Positions 38,921 through 47,681 of a stretch of DNA of 47,923 nucleotides are shown here, piece by piece. The notes beneath the pieces are model-generated. The model did no database searches, was not told the origin of the DNA, and was given only the letters and a program-made list of their open reading frames with translations. Numbering within the stretch: the first letter of the stretch is position 1; each line of letters starts with the position of its first letter. The translations under genes were made by a program, and so were the position numbers. Source of the DNA: an uncultured Fibrobacterota bacterium (GTDB taxonomy: Bacteria; Fibrobacterota; Chitinivibrionia; Chitinivibrionales; FEN-1185); the NCBI GenBank assembly GCA_963753345.1, contig CAVWBU010000042.1, positions 1-47,923 on the forward strand. The letters are read 5' to 3'.

Positions 38921-39345
38921 GGGGGCACCGCTGCGCGTTTCCCCCTGGCCCCAAGCCTCCTCGTCGCACGATGCGCGCCTGCGGGGTCTCGGGGCACACC
39001 CCCTCCTGCGAAGGTGCGCGCCAAAGTCGCTCGCTTGACGCTCGCGAGTCGTCGCACCTTCGCAACGCAACCTCATTGGAGCGCCGTTTCGCGGCGGGAA
39101 TTCAAGAATAAAAACACTGGTTATTGCGGGTAAGGAATTGCCCTCCGGCCTCAGGGCTGGCGCTGATGGCGTACAAGAAAAGAATGGGAAGTGAACCTAT
39201 GCCCCGCGCCATGCCGGACTGGAGGGTGAGCCAAAGCGAATTGCCGGCCGACCCGGCCGATAGGCATTGGGCGGATCGGCAACAAGGCGAGTAGCCGAGC
39301 CCGGAAGGAGGGCCGCCGCCGCGCCTTAGCGCGGCGGGGCGCCCA
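38921..39345 (+). repeat. Bipartite repeat copy 4 (divergent A 38921-39064, B 39201-39345)
   Basis: A keeps GGGGG/CCCCC, CCTCCTCG..CCTGCGG and ACCCCCTCCT, but its last stem is replaced by GCGAAGGTGCG/CGCACCTTCGC. B is near consensus. Confidence 0.85.
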
Positions 39346-39383
39346 AGCATTTATTATGTATTCTATTATCTTGACAAATACAA

Positions 39384-40496
39384 TTATCTAGTGACCATCA
39401 TCCTCGTCGTCTTTACAGCCCCGTCCGTTCTGAGACTGACAAAGTACATCCCCCGTGCCATTGCAGGCACACGCACTGTTCCCGAAGATTCCGTGAGGGG
39501 AATCTCGCATATCACTTTCCCGTTGCAGGAATACAACGACAGCCGGGCATTCGGTCCGCCGGCATAAGCGTATTTCAATTCGCCGTGTCTTGTCATTGTC
39601 ACTGCCATCGCACCAATGAAAGTGTAATTTATGGTCGGCTTATTATTGTTGATGACGGGAGTGACAGGCGGCAAACCAAAATCAAGAACATAGTCGGGTC
39701 CGGCCGCCGTGCCAGCGGCATTCACGGTCGGCGATGGACACGTAAACAGGCTGTGAGGATCGTCTAAGGCAAAACTGTACGAGGTGGGACAGGCAGCCTT
39801 TTTTAAGGCGCGGCATGCGGCTTGGCCCGCGCCGTCGTCCGAGCAATAAAAACCGTTGGTATCGAGCACCCCGTTAATGGTATCCAATTTCAGCATTGAC
39901 GCCGGAGCGGTCAAATACAAGTCTTTTTCGCAATCATCCTGACCCCCGCAAGTCCATCCTTGTCGGCCATAGGTCGAGTCCAGCTTGGGATTATCAGGTG
40001 GGAACGTTCCCGGCAACGGATAATACAACATGGGAAGGTTGTACCCGTCAACCAGGCTCACGTCGTACCAATCGCATCCCCACCCTGCATGTTGCGTGAT
40101 CTCTGCGAGGGTAAACGGTCCATTGGCGTATTTGGGGTCCCAAAGGCCCCAGATTCTAGCAGATGCCCAACCGTTTGGGATCTCAATTATTGTGTCGTGT
40201 CCAATCGGCAGCACAAAAGTAAGGTTTGTCCAACCGGCACCGCCATTGCCGTTTACATGGACAGTGAGGTCTTTGTGCCAATAATTATGCATGTAGTAGT
40301 GCCGCGTGCCCGCACCGTATTTGCCGTTATTGTGAGGCCATGTGTCTGCTACGGCCGGTTGGCACACCGAGCATTGAACAATGGTATCTGCAACTGCGAG
40401 AGCAAATCCGGAACATGGTAACATTGTCGTTTGGACAGGAACAGATAAGGCCAGGAAGACAGACAGCAGGATCGCTGCAAAAGAGAACCTCTTCAT
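39384..40496 (-). CDS. Thaumatin-family (PR-5/GH152-like) secreted protein, copy 2
   Basis: Same signatures; the first ~55 aa are identical to copy 1. Confidence 0.87.
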   Translation of the reverse strand: MKRFSFAAILLSVFLALSVPVQTTMLPCSGFALAVADTIVQCSVCQPAVADTWPHNNGKYGAGTRHYYMHNYWHKDLTVHVNGNGGAGWTNLTFVLPIGHDTIIEIPNGWASARIWGLWDPKYANGPFTLAEITQHAGWGCDWYDVSLVDGYNLPMLYYPLPGTFPPDNPKLDSTYGRQGWTCGGQDDCEKDLYLTAPASMLKLDTINGVLDTNGFYCSDDGAGQAACRALKKAACPTSYSFALDDPHSLFTCPSPTVNAAGTAAGPDYVLDFGLPPVTPVINNNKPTINYTFIGAMAVTMTRHGELKYAYAGGPNARLSLYSCNGKVICEIPLTESSGTVRVPAMARGMYFVSLRTDGAVKTTRMMVTR

Positions 40497-40628
40497 ATAC
40501 CTCCCCCTCTTATTTAATGATACTTGTGAAGTTTCATGATGGGATCGAAGATCATAAACGGATATCGATAATATAATGCTTTTTTTGATTATTGAGAGTA
40601 TAAATGAGGTTGCTTAAATGAATAAAGT

Positions 40629-41157
40629 TGGGCGTTCCCCTCGCTACGCTCGGGTCGGTTCTCCTTCCGGTCTCGGTCTCCGGCCTCGGGCGGCCTGCCA
40701 CGAGGGCCCTATGGGCCGTGGTCAGGCCGCACCGCGCTCCAGCGCGGCCTCCAGTCGCCCCTAACGCGCGGCAACAGAGATCTATTCTGTCAAGTTGTTG
40801 CAATTGCGCTATGCGGAATTTTAAAAGATAGGATCAACGCTTTGGCTTCTGACTTCTCAACCGCCCAACGATTGAAGAACCCCGCCCCAAGTGGCGGGGA
40901 TTCTTCCATGGCTAAGGAAATAGAATAACAAATATTCGCCCGCTAACCCCGCGCCAAGTCGCGGGGAATGCGCGGGCTGTGCTATTCAACTTTTCAACAA
41001 CTCTTCGCGGGTGCCCCCACACAGGAGTCTGGTTCTGCAACTGCTTCTTCTTGGGGTGCACCCAGGAGGGGGTAGCGGAAGACCGGCGCGGGTGACATTG
41101 AAGCCGTGATGGACATACACGCGCCGGGCTGGAGCGAGGGGGAAACTTCCCCCCCCC
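40629..41157 (-). repeat. Bipartite repeat copy 5, inverted (B 40629-40772, C 40871-40978, A ~40995-41157)
   Basis: Reverse complement shows A-C-B in the same order as copy 3; hairpin GAAGAATCCCCGCCACTTGGGGCGGGGTTCTTC is identical to copy 3. Confidence 0.88.
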
Positions 41158-41168
41158 TTTTAAACTTA

Positions 41169-42119
41169 TTACTCTTGACAAATTCTCATGTACCTTGTCG
41201 TCCCATCGGGCCTGATCTCAACCACCACCTGATTACCGTAGGTTCGTTCGCCACGACCCAACAGCCTTCCGGTCAAAGTGAACCGGCGCACGGCCTGGTT
41301 ATTTCCGACCGATTTGCAAGGCACGCTCAGGCCGGGCTTCTTTACAGACGACGATTCGCCAAGCAGCCACCACGTTGCGAAATTATCGCGGGAAGCGTAG
41401 ATGCCGTTTGTTGTCCCTGCAAAAGCGATGGAACCGATGCGTGTGATTGAACGGACGCCTTGGTCCACCGGGGCAAAACCCGTTGCGTGCCACGTTCTGC
41501 CGGAATCAGTTGACATGATGATGCCTGAACTATAGCCGATCTGCGCGCCGTAACCACCGTAAAGACCAGCCAGAGCGCTGATGGTATCGAAAGAGAGGCT
41601 CGTGATGATAGGCATGCTGCAGACAGAGCATCCAGGAACAGCAACGGTCCAGGTTCTCCCGCTGTCCGAAGACCATTCGATGGGCCCGGTGATGAATGCC
41701 TTAATCATCCATCGGTCAAGGGCTGTGTAATACGTATTGGCCATCAGACATCCTGCGCAATATTCAATCACACAACTATCGTTGGATGTTTGTTTCCAAT
41801 GAAAATAGGGAACAGCGGCGACAAACTCGCCGCAGGCGGTAATTGCGCGGATCGTGTCATCCCTAGTCACCTTGATGCACTTGATCATCTTTTGATAGGT
41901 GGGGCTTGACGAATCACACAAGCCAAAACTCACGTCGCTCCAACTGATACCGCTGTCGGGGGATGCGAAAATCTTTCCGGAAAATGTCCCGGCAATAAGA
42001 TATCCTTGTGCGGCCGCAAGCGAAGACACGTCGGTTGGAGGGGGAGAGCCGTGGGCATGATTCAATGACGCGAGAATGACAAATCCAATGCCAAAAATAG
42101 TGCGCGGGCAATGTTTCAT
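41169..42119 (-). CDS. Secreted Asp-box (BNR) beta-propeller protein
   Basis: SPDSGISW, SSDSGRTW, STDSGRTW and SRDNFATW repeats; signal peptide; GGAGG RBS. Confidence 0.8.
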   Translation of the reverse strand: MKHCPRTIFGIGFVILASLNHAHGSPPPTDVSSLAAAQGYLIAGTFSGKIFASPDSGISWSDVSFGLCDSSSPTYQKMIKCIKVTRDDTIRAITACGEFVAAVPYFHWKQTSNDSCVIEYCAGCLMANTYYTALDRWMIKAFITGPIEWSSDSGRTWTVAVPGCSVCSMPIITSLSFDTISALAGLYGGYGAQIGYSSGIIMSTDSGRTWHATGFAPVDQGVRSITRIGSIAFAGTTNGIYASRDNFATWWLLGESSSVKKPGLSVPCKSVGNNQAVRRFTLTGRLLGRGERTYGNQVVVEIRPDGTTRYMRICQE

Positions 42120-42228
42120 ACGGGCCCTCCGGTGTCTCTAATGATCAAATGGTCGGTGGATTTCCAGGTTGTTTGCGTTTCGCTGCGTTGATCATCGAAA
42201 AGCGCCCCTCCTGTTTCATTGTCACCTC

Positions 42229-43470
42229 TCAGTTCATGAGCAAAACAACCGAGGCGCTGGTCCGGCCGCCGATTCGAACGCGAAGAATACCCGCGCCGCT
42301 CATGGAGAACGTTGGGGGCAGGTGTAATTGCGACCGTCCGGCTTCAACAAAACGATTTTGAAGCGCCGTTGTCATTCGCCCGCGGTGGTCGAATATGGCA
42401 ACCGATACATACTCGGGCGAGCCGAGCCGGAACTCGAGACTATGATTTTTTGGCAAGTAACGAACCGAGGTTCCTGTTGCTTGTTTGGACGCATTTCCTC
42501 GTAAATAAGGCAAAACCCCAACCGGAGCTGAGAAAAAATATTTCATAAGCGGCGCGGCTTCGACGGTGTCCGTGCCGATCATCGACACGGGATCTTCCTT
42601 AATCAGGATATCGATGATGAACCGTTGAAACAAATTGCCTTTGTCGGCCATCACCCGCAGCTGACTTCCAATCGAGTCATCGCCCGTCTCAAATGGGAAA
42701 TACATCCGGTTTGAGTAGGTTGGCGCGCAATAGAAGATCCCTATGCCGGGCCACCAGGAGCGATTGCTTGGTAATGCAATGCCATTTTGAAGAATCAGCG
42801 TCGTCAGTGAATCGATTGCATATCTGATCGACTGAACATTGGCGGAATCGCGGATGACGAATACCGGATCCATCCGGCCTGAAAAAACGTGCGGCCGGAC
42901 AATAACTGAATCCCACCTTGATATGGATCCAGCCCCTTTGTATAACCATTGAGATCCGTTGTCCTGATAAGCCCAATAGAAATAGTATCTGTCAATCCCG
43001 CCGATATATTGATCGAAAATGACCAGCGATGCATACTGCCCTTCGCACGTCTTTACATAATATGCCCCCAATCCGAGGCGGACTGCCGTCATCCATCCCC
43101 TGGCCGGTGCGACGATGAACTGCGTATCAAACAGAGAATCGTACAGCGCGGTTATTGCCGCGGGATTGGAAATAATATCACCTTTCTCTTGGTACAATTT
43201 TACAGCCGCCTGGCCGAGGAGTGTATCAGGGACGATCCCGTATAGTGAATACAGCGAACTCCCGTTTATCCAGAGATCCTGTACGGGCCAGGGACACAGC
43301 CCCGGCTTTAAGCTGCACGAATCCTGCATAACTGAGAAATCAATATGGTTTGCGGTGTCCTGATATGGCGGGTCTTGCATCATGCCGATCCCGGTATGGA
43401 CTGCCGCATGGACGGTCAATGTTACTGCAAATAGTGCTGTTAACACTCGCACAAATTTTTCATATCGCAT
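42229..43470 (-). CDS. Secreted hypothetical protein with C-terminal sorting-type domain
   Basis: GGAGG RBS before ATG 43470; signal peptide ending VHA; C-terminal VSVAIFDHRGR. Confidence 0.75.
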   Translation of the reverse strand: MRYEKFVRVLTALFAVTLTVHAAVHTGIGMMQDPPYQDTANHIDFSVMQDSCSLKPGLCPWPVQDLWINGSSLYSLYGIVPDTLLGQAAVKLYQEKGDIISNPAAITALYDSLFDTQFIVAPARGWMTAVRLGLGAYYVKTCEGQYASLVIFDQYIGGIDRYYFYWAYQDNGSQWLYKGAGSISRWDSVIVRPHVFSGRMDPVFVIRDSANVQSIRYAIDSLTTLILQNGIALPSNRSWWPGIGIFYCAPTYSNRMYFPFETGDDSIGSQLRVMADKGNLFQRFIIDILIKEDPVSMIGTDTVEAAPLMKYFFSAPVGVLPYLRGNASKQATGTSVRYLPKNHSLEFRLGSPEYVSVAIFDHRGRMTTALQNRFVEAGRSQLHLPPTFSMSGAGILRVRIGGRTSASVVLLMN

Positions 43471-43610
43471 ATCAAACCTCCTCGTTTGGCCCGAAAAGTC
43501 ACGTCGCACTTCCGGGGACCCGCATCGACCACAAAGCCATTTGCGCCCACGCCCTCTCTTCTCCAATATTAATCTACCATGTTTTTGCTATAAAGCAAGA
43601 CTTCTTTGAA

Positions 43611-43638
43611 AATCGTGTTGTCTATAGACAACACAATT
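43611..43638. promoter_or_regulatory. Palindromic operator candidate in the divergent intergenic region
   Basis: Perfect 20-bp palindrome GTGTTGTCTATAGACAACAC (43615-43634), extendable to 28 bp with one mismatch. Confidence 0.7.
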
Positions 43639-43697
43639 GCATAAATTTTAGCGCTTGCCAATATGAGATGGTATATTTAGTTTAGTGAGGTGTTTCC

Positions 43698-44525
43698 ATG
43701 AATTCCCTTTTTGAATATACCGACTATCGCAAATTTCTCCGAGACTACTATGGTTCGAAAAAGGATGAAAAGAAGGGGTTTTCGCTTAAAGTCCTTGCCG
43801 ACAGGGCAGGATTTAAGGCCCGCGATTTTGTCCTGCGTGTCATGAACGGTTCGCGCAACTTGTCTCATTCCGGCGCCTTCATGTTGTCCATGGCACTGCG
43901 GCTTTCCGAAAAAGAGACTGACTACTTTACGAACCTTGTTTCCTTCAACCAGGCGAATGTGCCCCGCGAAAAAGATTTCTTCCTCCGGAAAATGGCCGAG
44001 GTAGGTAAATACAACCGGCTTCAGAAACTCAGGCAGGAGCAGGTTGTTTATCTTTCGGAATGGTATTACAGCGCTTTGCGGTCGCTTTTACCCGTGATAG
44101 ACTTCAAGAACAGCTATACCGAGCTTGCAAAATTTCTCGACCCGCCGCTTACACCCTCCCAGGCGCGAAAAGCGGTGGAGCTATTGGTGCAATTAGGTCT
44201 CCTAACAAGAGATAAGAACGGCAAGTACTCCGTTCCAGTATCGCAGCTTACCGTCGGCGACGAAGTAATGTCGGTCGCCCTGGCGCGGTTCCACAAACAA
44301 AGCCTTGAACTCGCGAAGCGCGCGATTGATTATTACCCTTCCCAAGACCGCGAGATTTCCGGCGTCACCATGAGCCTGTCTTCGGCGGGATTCGAAAAAA
44401 TAAAATCGGAAATACGGGCTTTTCGCAGGAAAGTAATGACTGTTGCTGAACAGGACGCAAACGAAGAAGGGGCGTTTCAACTCAATATCCAGTTGTTCCC
44501 CTTGTCAAAGAGGAGGAAGCCGTGA
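43698..44525 (+). CDS. TIGR02147-family protein (N-terminal HTH-like region plus DUF4423-like domain)
   Basis: FEYTDYRKFLRDYY, GSRNLS, EWYYSALR, REISGVTMSLS, FQLNIQLFPLS. Confidence 0.9.
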   Translation: MNSLFEYTDYRKFLRDYYGSKKDEKKGFSLKVLADRAGFKARDFVLRVMNGSRNLSHSGAFMLSMALRLSEKETDYFTNLVSFNQANVPREKDFFLRKMAEVGKYNRLQKLRQEQVVYLSEWYYSALRSLLPVIDFKNSYTELAKFLDPPLTPSQARKAVELLVQLGLLTRDKNGKYSVPVSQLTVGDEVMSVALARFHKQSLELAKRAIDYYPSQDREISGVTMSLSSAGFEKIKSEIRAFRRKVMTVAEQDANEEGAFQLNIQLFPLSKRRKP

Positions 44526-45484
44526 AAAAAACGTTTTGCAAGTTCATATATATTGCGGGATTGGGCTCTTTTCTGTTTTCCGCATGCACCGACACGAGGA
44601 TTTCCGGCCTTCCACCGAGCAGGGAAACCCTCAGATCGTCGCGGTGGTTGTCGACACGAAAGCACGTGGCAGAACCCATCGTGACGGTATTCCTTGCCGC
44701 ATCGAACAACGATTCCACGCTGCAGCCGTCCGGGGCCCTCAAGGTCGCGATGACACGGACCGACGAGCTTGGCAAATGCGCATTCGACAGTCTTTCTCCC
44801 GGCATTTATTCCCTCAAAGCGACCGACAGCGACAGCAGCCGTTCGGTACTCAAAGCCGATATTTCCATTTCGGTCATTCATCCTCCGCAGCCTGAATTCT
44901 CCGACACGCTGGTCCTCGCGGTCCCAGGGTCAATTCAGGGAGTTGTCACAAGGGGAGGCGTTCCCGGCACGTTCCAACCAGAATCTGGGTGACGCGTTCA
45001 TCCAGGTCAAAATCGGTGAGATGACAGGTTTACGGTCACGGGGCCTGATGGAAAGTATTCATTTCAGGCGCTTCCAACCGGCACCTATTCCATTTATTAT
45101 TATGCCTCCGACGGGTTCTATACCGCGAAGAGGGAAAACGTCATGGTGAACCCCGGCAAAGACACTCTGCTCGATACGGTGCTCCTCAAACCTGTTCCGC
45201 GTCTCATACCTCCATCGGGGTTTCATGCCGGTTACGACAGTGGGGCCGGGATAGTGCGTCTTTATTGGCAGAAGGTCAACTATGCGGATCTTCGATGGTA
45301 CGAAGTGGAAAGGATCGATCTTTCCGGCTCCCGTGACAGCATATTCACCACTATTGATACGACGGCGGTTGATTCTCTTACATCATTTGTCGCGGGCGAC
45401 ACCCTCGATTACGTGGTACGGTCCGTCGACAGTGCCTTCAATCGAAGCCAGAATGCTGGCCCACTGGAGATTATCGTACGATAG
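44522..45484 (+). pseudogene. Lipoprotein with carboxypeptidase-regulatory-like and FN3-like domains; about four apparent frameshifts
   Basis: Lipobox LFSAC. Segments STEQGNPQIVAVVVD, TRTDELGK, NQNLGDAFIQVKIG and TGPDGKYSFQALPTGTY lie in alternating frames (shifts ~44610, ~44660, ~44972, ~45022). Confidence 0.7.
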
Positions 45485-45572
45485 CCGAACGGATCTTCTT
45501 TCGCCAGCGTACCGACTGAAAGCCAGTGAGATGGGATTCTTGTAACTATAGTCAGCGGCAAAAATAAAGTTA

Positions 45573-45681
45573 CTTTACCCCCTTCTCCTGGCGGAGAAGG
45601 GGGCAGGGGGATGAGGTCAAATGAGTCTTTGGGACCTCACCCCGGCCTCTGGCCACCCCTCTCCGCCAGGAGAGGGGAAAG
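45573..45681. repeat. Inverted doublet of CCCC(T)TCTCC-N4-GGAGA(A)GGGG REP-like hairpins
   Basis: CCCCCTTCTCC-TGGC-GGAGAAGGGGG...GAGGTC / GACCTC...CCCCTCTCC-GCCA-GGAGAGGGG between convergent genes. Confidence 0.8.
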
Positions 45682-45738
45682 AATCTTGTTGAAGGTGTTC
45701 ATTCTAGATGTCAAAAAGTCGAACATAAGCGGCAGCCC

Positions 45739-46179
45739 CTATTTCATCACCTGGCGCTCCACGGTCTCTCTGTCAACGTTTTCCCGCATTTCATAGGCAA
45801 AGGATCGCTCCAGCTTAATGGATTGCCCGTTGGGATTTTCCGCGTCAAGAATATACAGCGTGGTGGGGTTGTCCAAATATCCCAGGACATTTGCAGTGTC
45901 AAACACCATGGTTTTTGCAGAGGAAACAGAAACGGCTTCCTTATCCACCCAGCCTGTCAAATCGTTCTTCTGTATTTGATACGTCCTGAGGCCGGTTGCA
46001 ATAATAAGGGGTCGATCTTGCCTGCCGATAATGAACAGCGGGGTTTCGCCCGGTACATGATTCTCGTTCTTGAAAACAGAGACACTGTCTTTGGCCGCTG
46101 CCGCGTATTTCTCATTGTCACCCCAAGCGAATGTTGCCATTGACGCCATAACAATAAAAGCCACTGCTTTTAAATACAT
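45739..46179 (-). CDS. Exported hypothetical protein (possible SH3b-like domain)
   Basis: GGAGG RBS, signal peptide, YQIQ...TGWV motif. Confidence 0.7.
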   Translation of the reverse strand: MYLKAVAFIVMASMATFAWGDNEKYAAAAKDSVSVFKNENHVPGETPLFIIGRQDRPLIIATGLRTYQIQKNDLTGWVDKEAVSVSSAKTMVFDTANVLGYLDNPTTLYILDAENPNGQSIKLERSFAYEMRENVDRETVERQVMK

Positions 46180-46222
46180 GCTATTCCTCCTTGCAAAGGT
46201 ACTTCCTCGACGTTTCTCGTGT

Positions 46223-47561
46223 TCAGCTCTCAAGAACTGGAATTGCCAGTTTTCCAATAAAAAGAACGCTGCCCGTAACATTGTCGCGGATCAGGAAAAT
46301 AAACGGCCGGTTTGCGATGAACGAGGCCGGCGACGGCATCTCGACTGACCCCATAGCCACGAGGATCACCGTTGCGGCCGCGGCTTCGGTGCCTCTTTCG
46401 TCAACAGCGACAAATGCCTTGTGGATGACGTCCTGGATGAACAGAGACCGCGTGCCGTCGATCCCGGAGAAATCCGCCGTGGGGGAAAACGCGGCCTGCA
46501 TCCCCAAAGCAACCAGAACGTCCTTCAGGCTTACCGATGATGTGGTGAATTTGAATTTCGGAATAGCGACAATAACGGCTCTCTCCTGCAGCGAACTCGA
46601 TACTTCGGTCAGGAAATCCGACGAGAGTCCGGATTCAACGGCAGCCATCTTCCCGGGTTGGGGAAGAATGAACAGCATCGAAATCTCTCCGCCTTTGTAC
46701 GGCATCTCAAGAGCAGCGTAATCCGACGTCGAGTCGTATTTGTAACGGCCGTCTTTATTCATGAAAAGCGGCCGTCACGGAATCGTTGTCCTGGTAAAAC
46801 GTCTCGTTCTGGGAATACTTGTTTGTAAAAAGTGTCGGCCCATTGCGCCTTGAAATAAATTGCATTTGTTAAAACAAGGGTGGTGGCGGGTGTAATCGTC
46901 TCCCTGGGGAATAAGGTCCTGTATCCTTAGCTTCGTCTGATCGCTTACCCAGGTATTAATTGTCAGCGCGGGATGGGTCGGGGTTGTTAATAAAATCAAG
47001 CAATCGCATGGCAGCTCCGTAGTTTACGCTTAACGTTTTCAAAAAATCCGGCAGGAAATAATAGGTCTTCTCACCCCAGAGCTGGTTCACGATATTCAGA
47101 TCAAAACTGTCTTTCTGTGCCCGAGCCTTGAGCGCCAGATCCAATGCGTCAAAAGCAGGGTGAAGCTGCGACTGATCAAGTGAGAAGTGAAGCACCTGAG
47201 CCATTTGGGATTCTGTCTGTGTCCGGGCGCCGGCCCAGGTCATGGCAAGCGCTATTGAAATACTGTAGGGAGAAAAGAACGTGTTGCCGCCCGCGCCATT
47301 CGACAGCTTCCTGTACAAATCGCATGCGAAATCCGTATTGCCTTTTGTGAGAGATGCCATGTCCTGAGAAGAAGAGGCCGGCAGGGAGTCGCGGCCGCCG
47401 GAACATGCCTGAACCGTTATGGAGCCTTCCTGGGAAGTGATAATGTTCTGATTATTGACAGGCCTGGTTGTGGCCGACAGCGAGGGATCGGTTCCGCAGT
47501 TTACAATGGAGATGATGGAAATGCCGGCGATAAGGCAGACAAGTCGGCTTGTTGTCTTCAT
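46223..47561 (-). pseudogene. Serpin lipoprotein split by several apparent frameshifts (~46770-46965)
   Basis: NTFFSPYSISIALAM, INTWVSDQT, LTNAIYFK (alternative frame), IPKFK, VDERGTEAAAAT, FIANRPFIFLIRD; lipobox-like IVNC. Confidence 0.88.
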
Positions 47562-47681
47562 GATCAGGCCCTCTTTCTCTTCTTGAGAACGTCGCTAACT
47601 ATAGTCGTCGAATGGGAAAGAAAGGTTCAAACTCGGGCATAATCGCTAATGGCTTCAAGCTTTTAACCAAGCAAATAAATG

